64,000 nucleotides of DNA from Nematostella vectensis. Lineage: Eukaryota. The notes beneath the pieces are model-generated. The model ran no database searches. It had not been told where the DNA came from and saw nothing but the letters and a program-made list of their open reading frames with translations. The DNA lies in NCBI RefSeq assembly GCF_932526225.1, contig NC_064037.1, positions 3,120,996 to 3,184,995 on the forward strand, in the 5' to 3' direction. The translations under genes were made by a program, and so were the position numbers. Each line of letters opens with the position of its first letter. The first letter of the stretch is position 1. Positions 50,533-64,000 of the stretch are shown here, in pieces.

Positions 50533-51127
50533 CTGAAAATTGGCAATTGAATTCATAATAATTTTCAAAACTTAAGACCAGTAAACATGATTGATGAAAA
50601 AGTTATTCTGCAAACTTCTTAAAAGTCAAAAACAAATGTAATGTGAGGATAATAACATCTATGTATAGGGGTCGTTGTCCTAAAATTATACAGTAAGGAG
50701 ATTACCAGAGGGGGCGTGGCTGAGCCCCCAGTGTTTTTAATCTTTCTGTATTGTGCCTGTTACAGTCTTAAAATGTCATTTCTTAGAAAAATGAATTAAA
50801 TATTTGATTAAACAAACATGGGAAACAATAGATTACTTTCTCCTTAAAATAAGAAACTAACAATAATATATAAGATAGACTAACCTCTCCAGCCAAAGTT
50901 ACTCTTCTTAATCAGTCTGAGAAGAACAAGCATAATAAACTTTAATGTTAAGCATAACAAACATACTGAACACAAGTATCTCTAAATACATCCCAGCCAC
51001 AATTAATTTAGCACATTTTTTTATTTATCTCTTGCAGAAAAGCAGAAATCCAGCCTTATGTTTTATAATAAAGCCAACTATACATTATCTATTTTTTTCA
51101 CACTAAATGATAGAGATAAATTAGACA

Positions 51128-54100
51128 TTACTTGTATTCATCTTCGACCATGCCATCGGGATCAGCCTGCTCTATCGCTTCCTCAAAGAACTCCTCCAAA
51201 GATGGCAAAAATACCCTATAACAGGAGTGAAAACAGATAAATAACACTAATCACAAGAATATCATTAAAGATAATAGCTCAGGAGAATAACCATCAGTCT
51301 TTATATTTTGAAGTTTCTCTTTTTATGTGCAGCGTAGTACCACCATGCAGGCTTTTTGTCAAAGGGTTTTCAATTTGTTAATTGTTTGGCCTGATATTGG
51401 TAAATTATGTTACAGTACTGTGTCTTACAACTAAAAAGTTATACACCTATTCTAAAAAAACAACAAGTTAAAAAGGTCATGACAAATGGCATTTATGGTT
51501 ACTTATCATATATGCAAACAAAAACATTATAATTGAACTCAAGTGATGCCAAAGCCAGACATTGATGGCTTTTAATTGATAAATGATTCATATTCTCCTG
51601 CATTCGGAGAAATATAATGAGACCCATGGTGCCTTAAGTCCTAGAACTTCCAATATCCAATTGACATTTGAAGTTTGCAAAAACAGCTATTTTTTTTAAA
51701 TAGATTTATTCAAAAAAAGTGTAGATGATAAATAATAATCACATACCTTTTTTCTGCGCTACATGCTTCTAAATTATCAGAGCAGAGATTCCATAGCCGC
51801 GTAAGCTCAGAACTAAAAAAGTAAACAAAACAGATATCAAGAGATAGGAAGGCAAACAGATGCTATGCTTTACAGTCCTGACACAGTTTTAAACAAGAAT
51901 GCACATGCATATAAATCTTTAGGAAAAAGTCAATTCCTTGATTGGAAAATATTACTTTTTTGGTGGTTCTGGGGGTTGTACAAGCCGCATGATCCTAGCC
52001 ACATAGCTGTGCCAGTTTGATTATCACTACAGGATAGGGGAATCTGATTACAGAACATGTCAAAAGTACACAAATGCACAATAAGTAGCTACCTCCCCAT
52101 CTGCAGTTTCTTGGACTGCCACTCAGCATTTATCTCCTCACCGATGCTCTTGGTACGCTTGCGTTTTGGTGCCTTTGGACCCTTTACTACGTCATGAGCC
52201 TCTCTGTCAAGGTAGATAAAATGTGGAGGCTTACTTATATAGATATGCACTTAAAAACACATTTTTTGTAGCAGGAAATGCTCTAAATAGCGTAACAGCC
52301 AATAATATAATTAAAAATGAAAACTCAGGCTATACAACCGTTTCTTACTTTTCTTTTTCTTTAATAAAGCTCAGACAGCCTTCATTTTTCCATGAAATCC
52401 AGTTCTCCTCTCTCTCAAGTATGTGCTAAAAACACACAGGCAGTGTCATGTACAGCAAATGTCTGAGTAATCTGAGTGGACGCAGGCCCGTACCCAGGAT
52501 TTTTTTGGGTGGGGTGCGAAATCCAAAATAAGTGGACCTTATTTTTCTTGGAGGGGGGAGGAGGGGAAGGAGGGCATGAGTTCTCTGATAAAAATCTGAC
52601 CACCCCAAAAGAACAAAAATGATTTTTTTATGCCTTTGCAGTATCTCCATGGGACGTTTATTGTCGGATTTGGCAACAAATAAAGTCTGACTTATGAATT
52701 AATGACATACCAGAGTGATCTAGCTTATGCTTTATAGTTTTGTCTACAAATAGCACGTCTATTGAGAACTTTGTTATGTGCACAGTTCTCAATAGACTGG
52801 TACGGGCCTGGGACATTCTGACCATTAAGAAGTTGGTAAGTCATGCTTTCCCTACAACAATTGTCACTATCAGTTTAGTATTTAGCTATTGCTTAACTCT
52901 TACTTTGTATTAGCAAAAGATTATATTTACTTTAGAAACAATGACAACAATAGTATACAAGGCAAAGTGATTTTCACCTCAACAGTATTTGCAAAGCTTT
53001 CACCATCTGGGGGTGTTTCTTTGATCAGCTAACGAGAGAAAAGCAACAAGTGAGTTCCTGGAGATAGATATTACCTTAAATTATTTTTTTGGAGGCTTAG
53101 CATTTCCCAGAAACTACAGAAAACAGAACAGAAAACTACTCTTAAGGGGAAGTTACACTTACCTGATAAACTTGACTTGTTGTCTCTTTTACCCAAAGAC
53201 TTTGTAATTCTGATAGTACCTGGCTGGAACTATCAAACACAACATACAAAAGACATAGAACCTTTAACATAGCATGTGGCGATGGCAGCATCACAAACAC
53301 ACAGGCTCCATTTATGACAAAACAACTTATACAAAATATAAAAAGTAGCACAAACAATCAGTTCCTACTATAGTACGTATGTTCATGTCATTTTATGTAC
53401 AAATAAAATCAATTTCTGCCAATCAAATATGGTACTGACCTTTTGAATTTGATGTTTCCAACTAAATACTGGAAAACGATTAAAAACTGGACAAGAATCT
53501 GGAAAGAAAACATACTTTCAGCCTTACCTATTTTTATAAGATCTAATGACTGGACTGACAAGGAAATAGAAGCTTACTGTGTACAGAACTGGTGAGGATT
53601 TATTTGTGTTTCAGGAACAGGTCTTAAAATCTTTTGTAAGTTATGGAGGGTTCATTAGGGTGTGTTCATAAAAAAACACTGAGTGGGAGGGTGGGGTCCA
53701 AAAAAAGGGCCCTCTGAAGGGGGGTTCTGAGTTTTTTGTGAGTTCTACTAAGATCCTGGGGTTTGTTAAAGGGGGCACCCCAACAAAAAATCCACTGAAG
53801 GGTGTCCTAAATCAAAATCCTCTCCCTCTAGGTATAAAATGGACACTACATTTCTTCTCCCATGATTTTTTATGTTCATTTCTTTTAAGTTTTTTACATG
53901 CAAAAACTCAAGTAACTTACCGTTCTTCTAAAATTGCTATCACTGAGCTGTAGATCAAGTAACTGCAGAAAAAAGGTAAAATTTAACAAAATGAAAAATT
54001 GAAAGTCGAACAGATGTGTATAGTAACTTTCACCTTCTCGTTTGTTAGAAATTTGGCAAAGTAACATGGCTCATCCTTTCTGCCACTGGCATCTTCTTGT
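51128..54100 (-). CDS. Unidentified multi-exon gene (3' portion), 8 phase-consistent coding exons: 54034-54100, 53921-53962, 53440-53498, 53163-53229, 52978-53028, 52093-52199, 51747-51812, 51128-51215 (TAA 51128-51130)
   Basis: Partial translation ..[22 protein letters not shown]|[14 protein letters not shown]|[19 protein letters not shown]|S|[22 protein letters not shown]|[17 protein letters not shown]|[35 protein letters not shown]|S|[21 protein letters not shown]|R|[28 protein letters not shown]. All junctions are GT-AG. A KRKR basic patch and an acidic C-terminus are present. A minus-strand AATAAA lies about 100 bp 3' of the stop. Family not recognised; there is a weak resemblance to the ORC6 C-terminal region. 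Confidence 0.5.
52483..52812. mobile_element. MITE family A copy inside an intron of the unidentified minus-strand gene
   Basis: TIR caggcccgtacccagg / ctggtacgggcctgg. Confidence 0.65.
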
Positions 54101-54224
54101 CTGAAACACAATTTGGGATAAAACAATTAGAAATTGCCCGTTTATAGTGTGACACAAGCCACCAACATGGCCACAAACACAAAGTTTTGAAAAAACTTAG
54201 CCAATATCATCAGTTGCCGTGGTT

Positions 54225-54485
54225 TTTAGATTCATATGGTGTAGTTCCAGAAAATTTCCATACCCCCACCCCATTGAGAGGATTGGAAATTCCGGGGGGG
54301 GGGGGTAGGGGGTTCAAACTCCCAGGAATTCCAAAGGGAGGGGGAGGGGGGTAAAATACCCTTTTTCCTTAACAGTTACTGTATTAATTTTTTTCCAGGG
54401 GGTTGGAAATTCCAGAGGGGTGGGGGGTCATACCTCCGACCCCCTCAATATGGGGTATGGATATTTTCTGGAACTACACATTCTG
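54225..54485. mobile_element. MITE family D (TIR ccagaaaat(t)tccatacccc ... ggggtatggatattttctgg), G-rich; a related copy is at 7895-8040
   Basis: Terminal inverted repeats plus an internal inverted ggaaattccgggggg / cccctctggaatttcc structure. Confidence 0.55.
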
Positions 54486-56442
54486 CATCCTGGTTCAAGA
54501 TCAAAACAATCTTGGCATAATTCTAGAGTAAGTCTAGGTTATTTTATCTTACACTTTACTTCAACCTAGATGTATCTAATTCTTACATCGACTTCAATAA
54601 GTTTTTAACTGTTCTTAAGATCTGGAGCCTTGATGAGGATAAACACTTGGAAAAGTGGACTATCAGTTTTTGGTATCTCGATATTTGCCAAAGAAATTCA
54701 ATTTATCTTACACAGTACTTAAGAATTGCCTACAGCATGATTTCAATCTGTCAAACACTCTACTTAAACAGTCACCTGTCTTTCCTGCCCTTTGTTTTAA
54801 TTGAGCTTGAAATGTGTTCAAGCTTGTGGCTTGCAAAAACCCCAAGAACTTCCTGGGAATACTGTAGAGTTAAAAATAAAAATTTAGACATGTAATAGAA
54901 AAAACAATTCAACAAGAAAAAATTGAAATTATAATTAACTTGTTTCACATTATTGTATGATTTTGCTCTTTTTTTCTTACAGAACACTAATTTTTAATAG
55001 CGTACTGCCCTTGAATAGACTTTTATACATGCACTATAAAACAGTAGCAAACCTTTGAAAAAGTCTTCCAACCAACAGTTGTGTAACATTGTGTTGGATT
55101 ACGGAAATAATCCTGCAATGCCCAGAATTTCCTGTACAAGTTGTAGTCCACTGGCGTCAGATTGCTACAGAAAGAATAGAATTAAAGACAAAAAATTAAT
55201 TTAATTATTTAATTAATTAATTTAATTAATTTAATTAAGTTTGTCAACTAAAGCACAAAATATTTCTAAATAAAACTAAAAAAATGTTTCACTATGTATT
55301 TCAAAAATCAATCAAATGTTTTCCATGTGTCAAAGTGTGATAGTAGCACACAGGAAAGGTTGGGATAGCAAGAACAGCCTGTAGGGGTGCATGTATTTCC
55401 TGGGATCAATGCTTCAACTGTTATCATTTCTTTAAAAGCTCACATCTGTTACCATTGAAGGCAACTTTACAGTATCCTAACCACTCAAGTCATAAGGCAA
55501 CTGTTCATGTGAGTGCCATTAGGCAACCAGCCCTTGTCATTAAGTGTTAGACTCCTTTGCCAAAGTTTTTTTCTTTTTTTTAAGTTTTGAATGCAGCACA
55601 CACAAAAAAAACCCTGATAAGTCATGAATGGATTCAGCCAATGGGAGCACAGGGTTGTACTGTAGCAAGCACTAGTTAAATACAATATTACTACCCGAGA
55701 AGCCCAAGAGGTACAGAACAGTCTTTACAAAGATAGAATTTGGATGAATAAACGGAAAAACTCCAAACCAAATTCTCAATAGAACTGCCTAAGTTTTCTT
55801 ATTTCCTGGAGACTGTGACAATTTGATTGTGGTAGAGGAACACAGAAAAGCCAAATCGGTAAAATAAATATCAACTGAACGGGACTGAGAAGTGGCCAAG
55901 CAGTGAGCAATATAAATAAGTTTTTAACAATCCGGGCTGTACATTTTCACATTTACTAGGGACTGCTATGATTTGATTGTGCTAGAAGAATGTGGAAATC
56001 GCTTAGTCGCTAAAAGCAATATCAACTGAACAGGAACTGAGAGTTATCGAAATGTAAACACTGTTACAGCTCAGTATAATGCATCATTTTTACCGATTAA
56101 ACCCAAATTCAATGAATAGAATTCAATTGCAAGTTTCATCTTGCATTGTTCTTCACCACATTCTGATTCATATTCTCTTCACTCTGTGCGCACGGCGGGG
56201 AATGAAAGAGTGATTACTTCTTTACTCACAAAATAGCGTGACAGCCCTGACAACCCCGGCCGTAATTTATTTAGACATTTTAATTTAAATATTTGATAAC
56301 AATTAATCCTGCAAAGTCTCACAACTCATCATAATATCGAATACAAAGTGAGAAACTGAGACAGAAGGAAATTCATGGTGAGATTCTCACCTCCAGGTAA
56401 GAATAAAATAAATATGAATTGAACTTTTGAAATGATTGGTCA

Positions 56443-57833
56443 AGGGGACCAAAAGTATGTGAATTAATGACTAGGTGGTCACACTTTGGGCTTCTCGCGC
56501 TGTAAATATCCAACCTCTGCACAAGTTCTCCTGCTTCTGTTCCATCCCCAGTCTCCATGTCATTTACAGAATCCTAAAATTAGAGAAAACAATAAAATCC
56601 GCTATCAATCTAAAATATTTGCACTATTAGTAAAAGGAAGGGGCAAAAAATGTTACTGATATTACCTCTTCCTCAGTCTTTGTGGCATATGCAATGACAT
56701 TATCAAATTCTTATCACCTCTTTCTGGGTTGTTGTGGCATATACAGTGACATTACTGTATCAAATTGTTCTTACCTCTTCCTCGGTTGTTGTGGCATATG
56801 TAGTGACATTATCAAGATTAAACTGACTCATGAGATTGAGACCTGTAAAAGGAACACCTCCATGTCAGTCATTCAACGCTTAGAGCGTCTAAGAGCACAA
56901 TTTAGGAGGATGTTCAACATTGTCCCCATCTAACATACAGAACAGTCTACAGTTAGTCAAGAAATGATGGTCTGACCTGATTTTTCAGATAAAGGGAAAA
57001 GTCTTGCTAAGAATAGCTGTATTCTCCCACAAAAGACTGTGTTCTGTGAAGCAGAGAGCCTTCGTAGCAAATCTACAAAAGAGAGAAGAATACAAATAAA
57101 CTTGAATGCCCTACATTTTTGTATGCCTCTCTCCTCTAATAATCAACAGATGGCACCATGGATGATGTCACAGTTATGAACAAACAAAGCTCATGTTTTA
57201 CATAGTCATTACCATAGTATAAATTATAATTGATTAAAAAAATCCCATGCCCATAAATACAATATAAATAATTGAGCCAAATATACATATTACAAAACAA
57301 GATTGCATTTCTCCAACTTTTCAAGCAAAACAGCGAATAAAATACTGATCCATCCATCCACACACATTGAATATGGATATATCACATTTTGGAATCAAAC
57401 TTTTTAGCTTACTCTCTTGACTTACCATTACACATTCTAAGGAGTAAATTTTTGCCACTGGAGAAGAAAATAGGCTGAAAACAAACAAAAAACATTTTTC
57501 TAAAGTCATAATAAATATACTGTAATCAAATACTACAATAAACACTGAAGATAAAATTAACTAAATCACATTTATAGTTTGACAGAAACACTAACCATTT
57601 TGTCTTAGTTTTACAAGTCATGCATAGTAGATGGTAAATAATTGGTGAAGGACAGAATTTGCATAAATCAAACCCTGAGATGATTTTTTAATGCACAATT
57701 CTTACCATGGTCCAAGTTGAGACCTGTTCCTCAACAAAAGTAAACAAAGAATCACAGCGGTCTAGGGTTATAGTGTCAAACACATCGCTGAGAAGTATGA
57801 CTGGCAAAGTTGTTGAGCAGGTACCTACAATAA
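56443..57833 (-). CDS. Candidate upstream exons of the same (or another) minus-strand gene: 57717-57833 (..TCSTTLPVILLSDVFDTITLDRCDSLFTFVEEQVSTWTM|gtaaga), 56775-56842 (LNLMSQFNLDNVTTYATTTEEE|gtaaga) and about 56485-56571 (DSVNDMETGDGTEAGELVQRLDIYSARSPK)
   Basis: Good acceptor/donor pairs and open frames; continuity with the 51128-54100 exons was not verified. Confidence 0.3.
56665..56835 (-). repeat. 55-bp tandem repeat x3 whose unit is the minus-strand exon end plus donor (..gataatgtcactacatatgccacaacaaccgaggaagag|gtaagaac)
   Basis: The three copies end gaggaagag|gtaaga, cagaaagag|gtgata and gaggaagag|gtaata. Confidence 0.8.
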
Positions 57834-58139
57834 GCAAAACAGTAACAAATGTTATTTTTACTGTGACTGTATTTGCTGGGGAAAGATGAAATATTAATTA
57901 TTTTATGGAGCCCAAAATTAGACCAGTACAGATGCACACCAAAAGCACGTAACCTCCAGGGATCTGCTTTACATCTTTCGTCATGTACTGAACTGACAAC
58001 CCTGTCTACATTTGATGTCACACAGCCTTGTTGATTAATAATCAAGGGTCAAAGTTAGGCGTGGAATAATTTTGCTTCTTTGGCTACAACGCGCTAATTA
58101 AATGCATAGCAAAAAAAGCTGTTGACTATCCACGGCACG

Positions 58140-58800
58140 GTGTGAGAGAACAATACAGTTGAACCTCTATTAAGCGTCCCTCTATTGAGCGGTCACCCTC
58201 TATTCAACGGTCATTTACCAAAGTCCCGAATTTTCTTTCTTATGTTTACTGTAAATTTGACCTCTATTGAGCGGTCACCTCTATTAAGCGGACGCGGTCA
58301 CCAAAGGAGGGTCCCAATTGGTTGATTTCATTGTTTTTCACCTCTATTAAACGGTCATCATCAATATTTGTCAGCATGACAACAGATAGTGCACGTCATA
58401 TTTCGTCATATTTTTAACTGTCTAATCTAATTACTATGGCTAATCGTCTTGTGAGACTTGTGTGGTCTTGTGCGGATCAGTCGCATCAAATTCCTCGATT
58501 ACCAATTTCCCATAGAATTGGGCAAAGCCACAAGAGCCGTATAGGCAAAAACAAACTGACTAGGCGGTTTCAAACATTTCTGGATCAAATTGGAATGCAC
58601 CAGGCCCCGTCTTAGGGCTAACATGATTGTTAGTGTTGTTTATCATAATAAAAAGTTCTTACGTATAATTACAGCCCGATTTACGCTAATTTAAGGGTGA
58701 AAATAGCGAAACCTCTATTAAGCGGTCAACCTCTATTAAGCGGTCACTAAGCTAAGTCCCGAGGGTGACCGCTTAATAGAGGTTTGACTGTATTTACACT
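58140..58800. repeat. Cluster of about 8 cctctattaagcggtca motifs, including a hairpin (gtcaacctctattaagcggtcac ... gtgaccgcttaatagaggtttgac at 58718-58790)
   Basis: Direct reading; MITE-like. Confidence 0.5.
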
Positions 58801-59849
58801 AGACGCTTGCAAATTTGCGTATGAATCGGGCGGTTAAAAGTGTACCTTTAATTCACATATTTAGAGTAAGATGGGGTGAAATTTGATTGCGAGATATCGG
58901 GGATTGAAGTTGTGTAAACATTAGAGGCAGCGTGACAGTAATGACAGAGCAAATAGGAGCAAATAGGCCGAGTATATCAACCAATCACATTGCACGCTCT
59001 ACACACAGAGGGAAAACTCTTAGGCGCTCAAATGTCATAGCGCTAGTCGTGCAAGTGAAGGAAGATGCCTAGACAGAAGCGAGGTTGCACCTAAGAAAAG
59101 AAGAGCGCAGAAAACTTTAAAAGACATGAACGGAGACAACTCTCTGTTTTGGACTTTCTTCCTCGCTTAGCCTTCTTCGAAGAAAGAAAAGGATTCTTAC
59201 TTAACCTTGGCATAGTTTACAACTATTCAAATTTAAAGTAAACGCTTATAAAGTTGATATAAATACGGATAAATCTTGGATAAATTGTTGATAATGATAC
59301 TGACGTGCTTGTATGCAAATTAGAGGGAAAAGCAGTAAAACTAAGTTCCCCGGATGTTGACTTTGAGCTAAGTAAACAGGATTATGGGATTATTGATGGC
59401 TTCGAGAATAACCCAACACTTGTTCGAATTCGGTTTTTCTTGAATATCTGGTGGAGTATTTAAGATTTTGGTGTTTTTTTTTTGCAAACATCTAGAGTGT
59501 GCCTATTGTCATCGAATGGACTAATAAAAAAATTTCACCCAAAATGAAGCCATTTGGGGCTACGGTATCGTTGATTCTCAGCCTGTATAATGTACTCACC
59601 ATGTGCTGCTGCCTTGATGGCTAAGGTTATAAGATGTTTCTGCGTTTCAACATCCTCATCACTGAGCTGACAAATAAATAAATACAGTATTTATGTCTCC
59701 ATACTCAACTATGAACAAATAAACAGGACACACATCCATTACAGTACAAGTCTGTATTTTTGTGTCTGATTACAGAATCTTACAGAGCACATAAATATCA
59801 GTATATGTGACGTTTCACGAGAAAACCAAACATGGCTTCATTTGCATAC

Positions 59850-61490
59850 AGTTTTAATCCGTTTCGCGGGTGCGAAGTTTCCGTCACGCGAGCTCAAACT
59901 TTCCGTTTAGCAAGAGCAAGCTTTTCGTTACGCGCTCGCGAACGATCCGTTAAGCAAGGGCAAGCTCTTCGTTATGCAAGCGTGAACTATCCGTTTAGCA
60001 AGAGCAAGCTTTTCGTTACGCGCTCGCAAACGATCCGTTAAGCAAGGGCAAGCTCTTCGTTATGCAAGCGTGAACTATCCGTTTAGCAAGAGCAAGCTTT
60101 CCGTTACGCGAGCACGAGCTTACAAAGTCGCTCGATGTCGTACAATTCAGCCAAGCATCGGTGAAGCATTATCGTCGATTGTACGAAGCTCGCATCTCCC
60201 AATACATCAATACATCACAAATCCCTACGTAACTAACACCACATTTACCCCTGAAGTACATAAACTAAGGATTTCTAAGTCATTTCTGTGTGAATACAAT
60301 AGCACCGCTAAGATAAGTGATTTATTTGAACAGTTTTCGTGTATCGGTTTCAACATTGCTTAACAAGAAAACTTCGGCCGACATACACCACAAGAAGCAC
60401 AACTTTCGCACTTATTCCTTCAATACATTACAAAACCCTACGTAACTAACACCGCATTTATCCCTGAAGTACATAGACTAAGGGTTTTTTAGTCATTCCT
60501 GTGTGAATCCAGTAGAGCGGCTTACATTAGTGATTTATTTGACAGGTTTTCGTGGTTCGGTTTCGGCGTTTGTTTCACAAGAAAACTTCGGCCGAAATAC
60601 ACCAGTTTGAAGCACAACTTTCACACTTATTCCTTCAATACATTACAAAACCCTAAGTAACTAACACCGCATTTATCTCTGAAGTACATAGACTAAGGAT
60701 TTCGCAGTCATTCCTCTGCGAATCCAGTAATATGGCTAAGATTATTGATTTTATTTGATGTGGTTTTATTTGGTTCGGTTTCGGCGTTGTTTAAACAAGA
60801 ACTTCAACCGGGATACAGGAGTTTGTAGCACAACATTTGCACTTATTCTTACAATACAATACAGTAAAAGAGTTAAAACACATTTGAAATGGTTTGTTTA
60901 TTTCAAGTCTTAGTCGAAGTGATAGCTCCCCGCTGTTAAAAATTTCTGATCAAAAGTTCGCACATTCGTAACAGTAAAACGATGAAAATAAAAGATCGAC
61001 ATTCCATTGTTGCTAGCAGCTTTTGCACATTCGTAAAAATAAACCGGATGGAGAGATAGACTTTCTTTCCTTCGAATCATTAGCCCGTGTTTATTACAAA
61101 TCTTTGTCGAAAAACGGCTCCCCGCTGTTCAGAAGTTTTGGCTTATGCGCATTCGTAGAAAGGTTTGTTGTTAACAAGAAAGCCTCGACCAATGCGATTT
61201 GAAGCACACATGCTTGTCGAGAAAGTCGTCGGCGCTATTGTTCTTAAATTGAGCATACATTAAATTTATCGAAAGTTTGGAGTCGTCTTATGCTCTAATT
61301 TCTCGCGAGCGCGAGCTTGCCGTTTTTGCTCTAGGGTCTTTCCGTTACGCGAGCGCGAACATTCCGTTTTGGGTCTTTCCGTTACGCGAGCGCGAACATT
61401 CCGTTTTGGGTTAAGGAGCTTTCCGTTACGCGAGCGCGAACTTTTCGTTTCGCTATCGCGAGCAATCCGTTTATATTCAGCAAAACGGCA
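59850..61490. repeat. Complex satellite region: about 64/128-bp repeats (tccgtttagcaagagcaagcttttcgttacgcgctcgcgaacga) at 59850-60130 and again at 61300-61490; a ~215-bp unit x3 at 60150-60850; and gctccccgctgtt...gcacattcgta repeats at 60870-61200
   Basis: Direct reading of nested tandem periodicities. Confidence 0.7.
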
Positions 61491-63189
61491 AACTCGCGAG
61501 TTTGGTTTTCCCGCGAACTGTCACATATTTTAATACTGTTCATTTCATGTTTTTTTTGATATACCTTAATTTTGCCTTTGCATGGTATTTAACCCATTTG
61601 CTCCCATACCGCCCTGAAACAGCCGGCGGAAAAACTGTCATATGTCACAGTGAAGATTTTGCCGTGTTTCGAGAAGTACACTGCCTCTAGTTTGGTGAGA
61701 ATAAATTATCTACCCACTAAAAATCTGCTTTATGGATAAAATCTTCTTATTTTCGTGAAAAGATCTGTATAATTATATTTATTTTAGCTAAATCAGGCCG
61801 GGGTGAATTAAAAAATTTAACCATGTGTGAATATACATGGTTGTTCTCATCTCAAAATACTCCATTTTAGGAGGTCAAAATGGTACAAAAATAGCCTTTA
61901 CTGGATCACATAACGTCTGCTAGGTAACAGATAATAGGTAACTTTGAAACCGTAAAAATCTGGTTGATAAAATGTCTTTGTTTTACCAAGTCTTGAAATC
62001 TTATCTGTGGAATAAACTCATGGAATGTATTCAGGGATACTATGAGAAAATTTATTTAAAATATTGTATTGATTTGTGTATTTATTAAAGAATAATTTTG
62101 TCAAAAGAAGTTGTGTTTTGTTTCTTCGTGTTCACTAAAGTGAACAAATTTGAATAAACTTGATATATAATAGTCTAGTTTTTAGTTTTTTCCTAGTTGT
62201 TTACAGATTAATTTGTACACCATCAGATTCCTTGTCTTTTCCTGAATAGGATGCACTATTTGCTTTTTTGTAATATTGTCTTGCAATTTACTGCGCATAT
62301 GTGTTTTGCTTTCTGCTCAAGGGAATTTGCAAAACTTATGAAAACTCCCAGAGCGATTCGCGCGCGCTATTATCCCAGGAGCGAATGGGTTAATAAGAAA
62401 CATGAAATTACTTTCAGCCTGTTTCGCTTGGCATCAGCTGAATGTTGTGGTGACGTTTGCTATTTTCACGCCATGACATCACTTACCAAACTTTCTTTCA
62501 CTAGGTCTCTGAATGATTGATCTGCGGCATTTTTTTTCTCGCCATCACTGGAACCAGAATGTCATAACATTAGATGGTCCATTCGAAAAGTGCGCCTGCA
62601 TATGTAGCCTGCACATGCCAATGGAAGGCCCCCTAGTATTTATTTCCGCAGACAGCGGTGCTTAAAAGAACTCGCACCCATGAACTCAATTCTATTTTTA
62701 AAATATTCAAAAGATTAAACAATTGCAAAAGGGAGAAATTCGGAGAGATTCGATGTGCCTAGTAAACAAACCTTCCTCGCGCTTTGGAGAATGAATTCAG
62801 CAGTTGGCGATCATCATCACTCTCGCAAGCATTTCTTATGAGCTCCTGTGATAAAAAAAATATTTATTAGCTCTGATATTGAGAAATACTGTTACAACGC
62901 TAGTTTTACTAACTTGAAACTCTCTTCTAAGCTCGTCGTATTTTACCGCACCGTCCGCCATCTTGCAAAAAAGACTCGAAAGGCGTCATGGGTATCTAAA
63001 GTTTCTACCCAGTCCACCCGACCACGGAACAGTCAGCCAACCCAAAATCATCTCCAAGAGGCCAGTGGGACAAGGGGTGCGATAATGGAGGAAATCAATT
63101 CGAGAAAAAACTGCTAGGATAGTCCGATTTCTTTTTCCTCTGATTGTTATGTCGGCCGTAGTTTATTACAGGCGCACGAGGGCGCGCGC

Positions 63190-63330
63190 TCACGCCCCCT
63201 TGGCGGCTAAAAAGTGGGTCATTTCTTATTAAGGAATCTTCAAATTCTATGCTTTTTTATGTGATACCTATGACTGCGCACCCCCCCCCCCCCCCCCCCC
63301 CTCAGCCAATCTTGGCTACGCGCCTGTATT
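63190..63330. mobile_element. Second copy of dispersed element family E (see 28170-28290)
   Basis: ggcggctaaaaagtgggtcatttcttattaaggaatcttcaaat...C(26)...cagccaatcttggctacgcgc. Confidence 0.55.
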
Positions 63331-64000
63331 ACTAGCTATGGTCCGGCTGAACAAATTGTCGGTATCATTACAAACGGAAACCACCAAATATTATTCGTAA
63401 CCCTCTTTGGCATTTGATGATTACATCTCTGCGAAAAGCGGTATTACATCTGTATTACATCGGTATTACAAAGAAACAAACTTAATAATGATAAAGTACA
63501 GCTAAAATCCATAGATATAGTTTTGTCGCTTCCTTTAGGGTCTTAAGAGTCAGTAATAATCCATGGGCCGTTTATAAAAGGATAAACATGAATGCGATAA
63601 AGAATCATTCCTACAAAACAGGCTATAAAGCGTCGATATTGTTTACATAGCAGATGTCAGTTTGGAACTTCAATGGTCTTGTTTCCGCCGAGTTAGTCGC
63701 CATACCTCCACCTGTTTTAAAGGTCTGAGTGGGTTTGCAATAATAACCAAAACGGAAAACCTTGAACAAATCTGTCACATGTACGTGCCAAAACCAGACT
63801 CCCTGCCAAAACGAACCTAGTCTGTGTTTTCTATTATTTTTCTATATTATTTTATGTTTTTTATTATATTTTGTTCTATAAACAAGCCCTATAAAAACGT
63901 AAATAATGCTTGAAAAACGAACATTATATCGACCAAATCTATTGCAAATTATAAAAAATATATTCTTTTTTATAAAGCAATTCACGAACGATAGGCGAAA

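Overview
Eukaryotic (metazoan) nuclear DNA that is gene-dense, with spliceosomal GT-AG introns, several MITE-like inverted-repeat families and many minisatellites. Genes placed by reading exons on both strands and comparing with remembered family signatures: RAB24-like GTPase (+, 8 exons, 1901-5762); a large coiled-coil golgin-like gene (+, 8172-15583, ~1506 aa); beta-glucuronidase GUSB (-, 11 coding exons spread over 15806-33236); an SLC16/monocarboxylate-transporter-like gene (+, 18498-21936) nested antisense in a GUSB intron; a THAP-zinc-finger ORF (+, ~24797) nested in another GUSB intron; a rhomboid-protease-like gene (-, 34692-35741) head-to-head with GPN3 (+, 8 exons, 36101-40646); an FKBP12-like gene (-, 5 exons, 41866-43922); PCMTD-like (+, 44876-46177); and an unidentified multi-exon gene (-, 51128-54100 and probably beyond). 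No prokaryotic systems, rRNA, tRNA or CRISPR are present. The long ORFs inside tandem arrays are artefacts of repeat periodicity. The most notable pattern is that tandem arrays repeatedly start exactly at 5' splice sites, and their units carry the exon end plus donor or a consensus donor motif; this recurs in at least six independent places. Also notable are a tandem array of palindromic CRE (TGACGTCA) sites, a duplicated first exon of the transporter gene, and several apparent coding anomalies (Rab24 catalytic Gln replaced by Ala, a frame break in a CAGG repeat, THAP frame split, shortened FKBP C-terminus). All coordinates are hand-derived and should be re-checked computationally.
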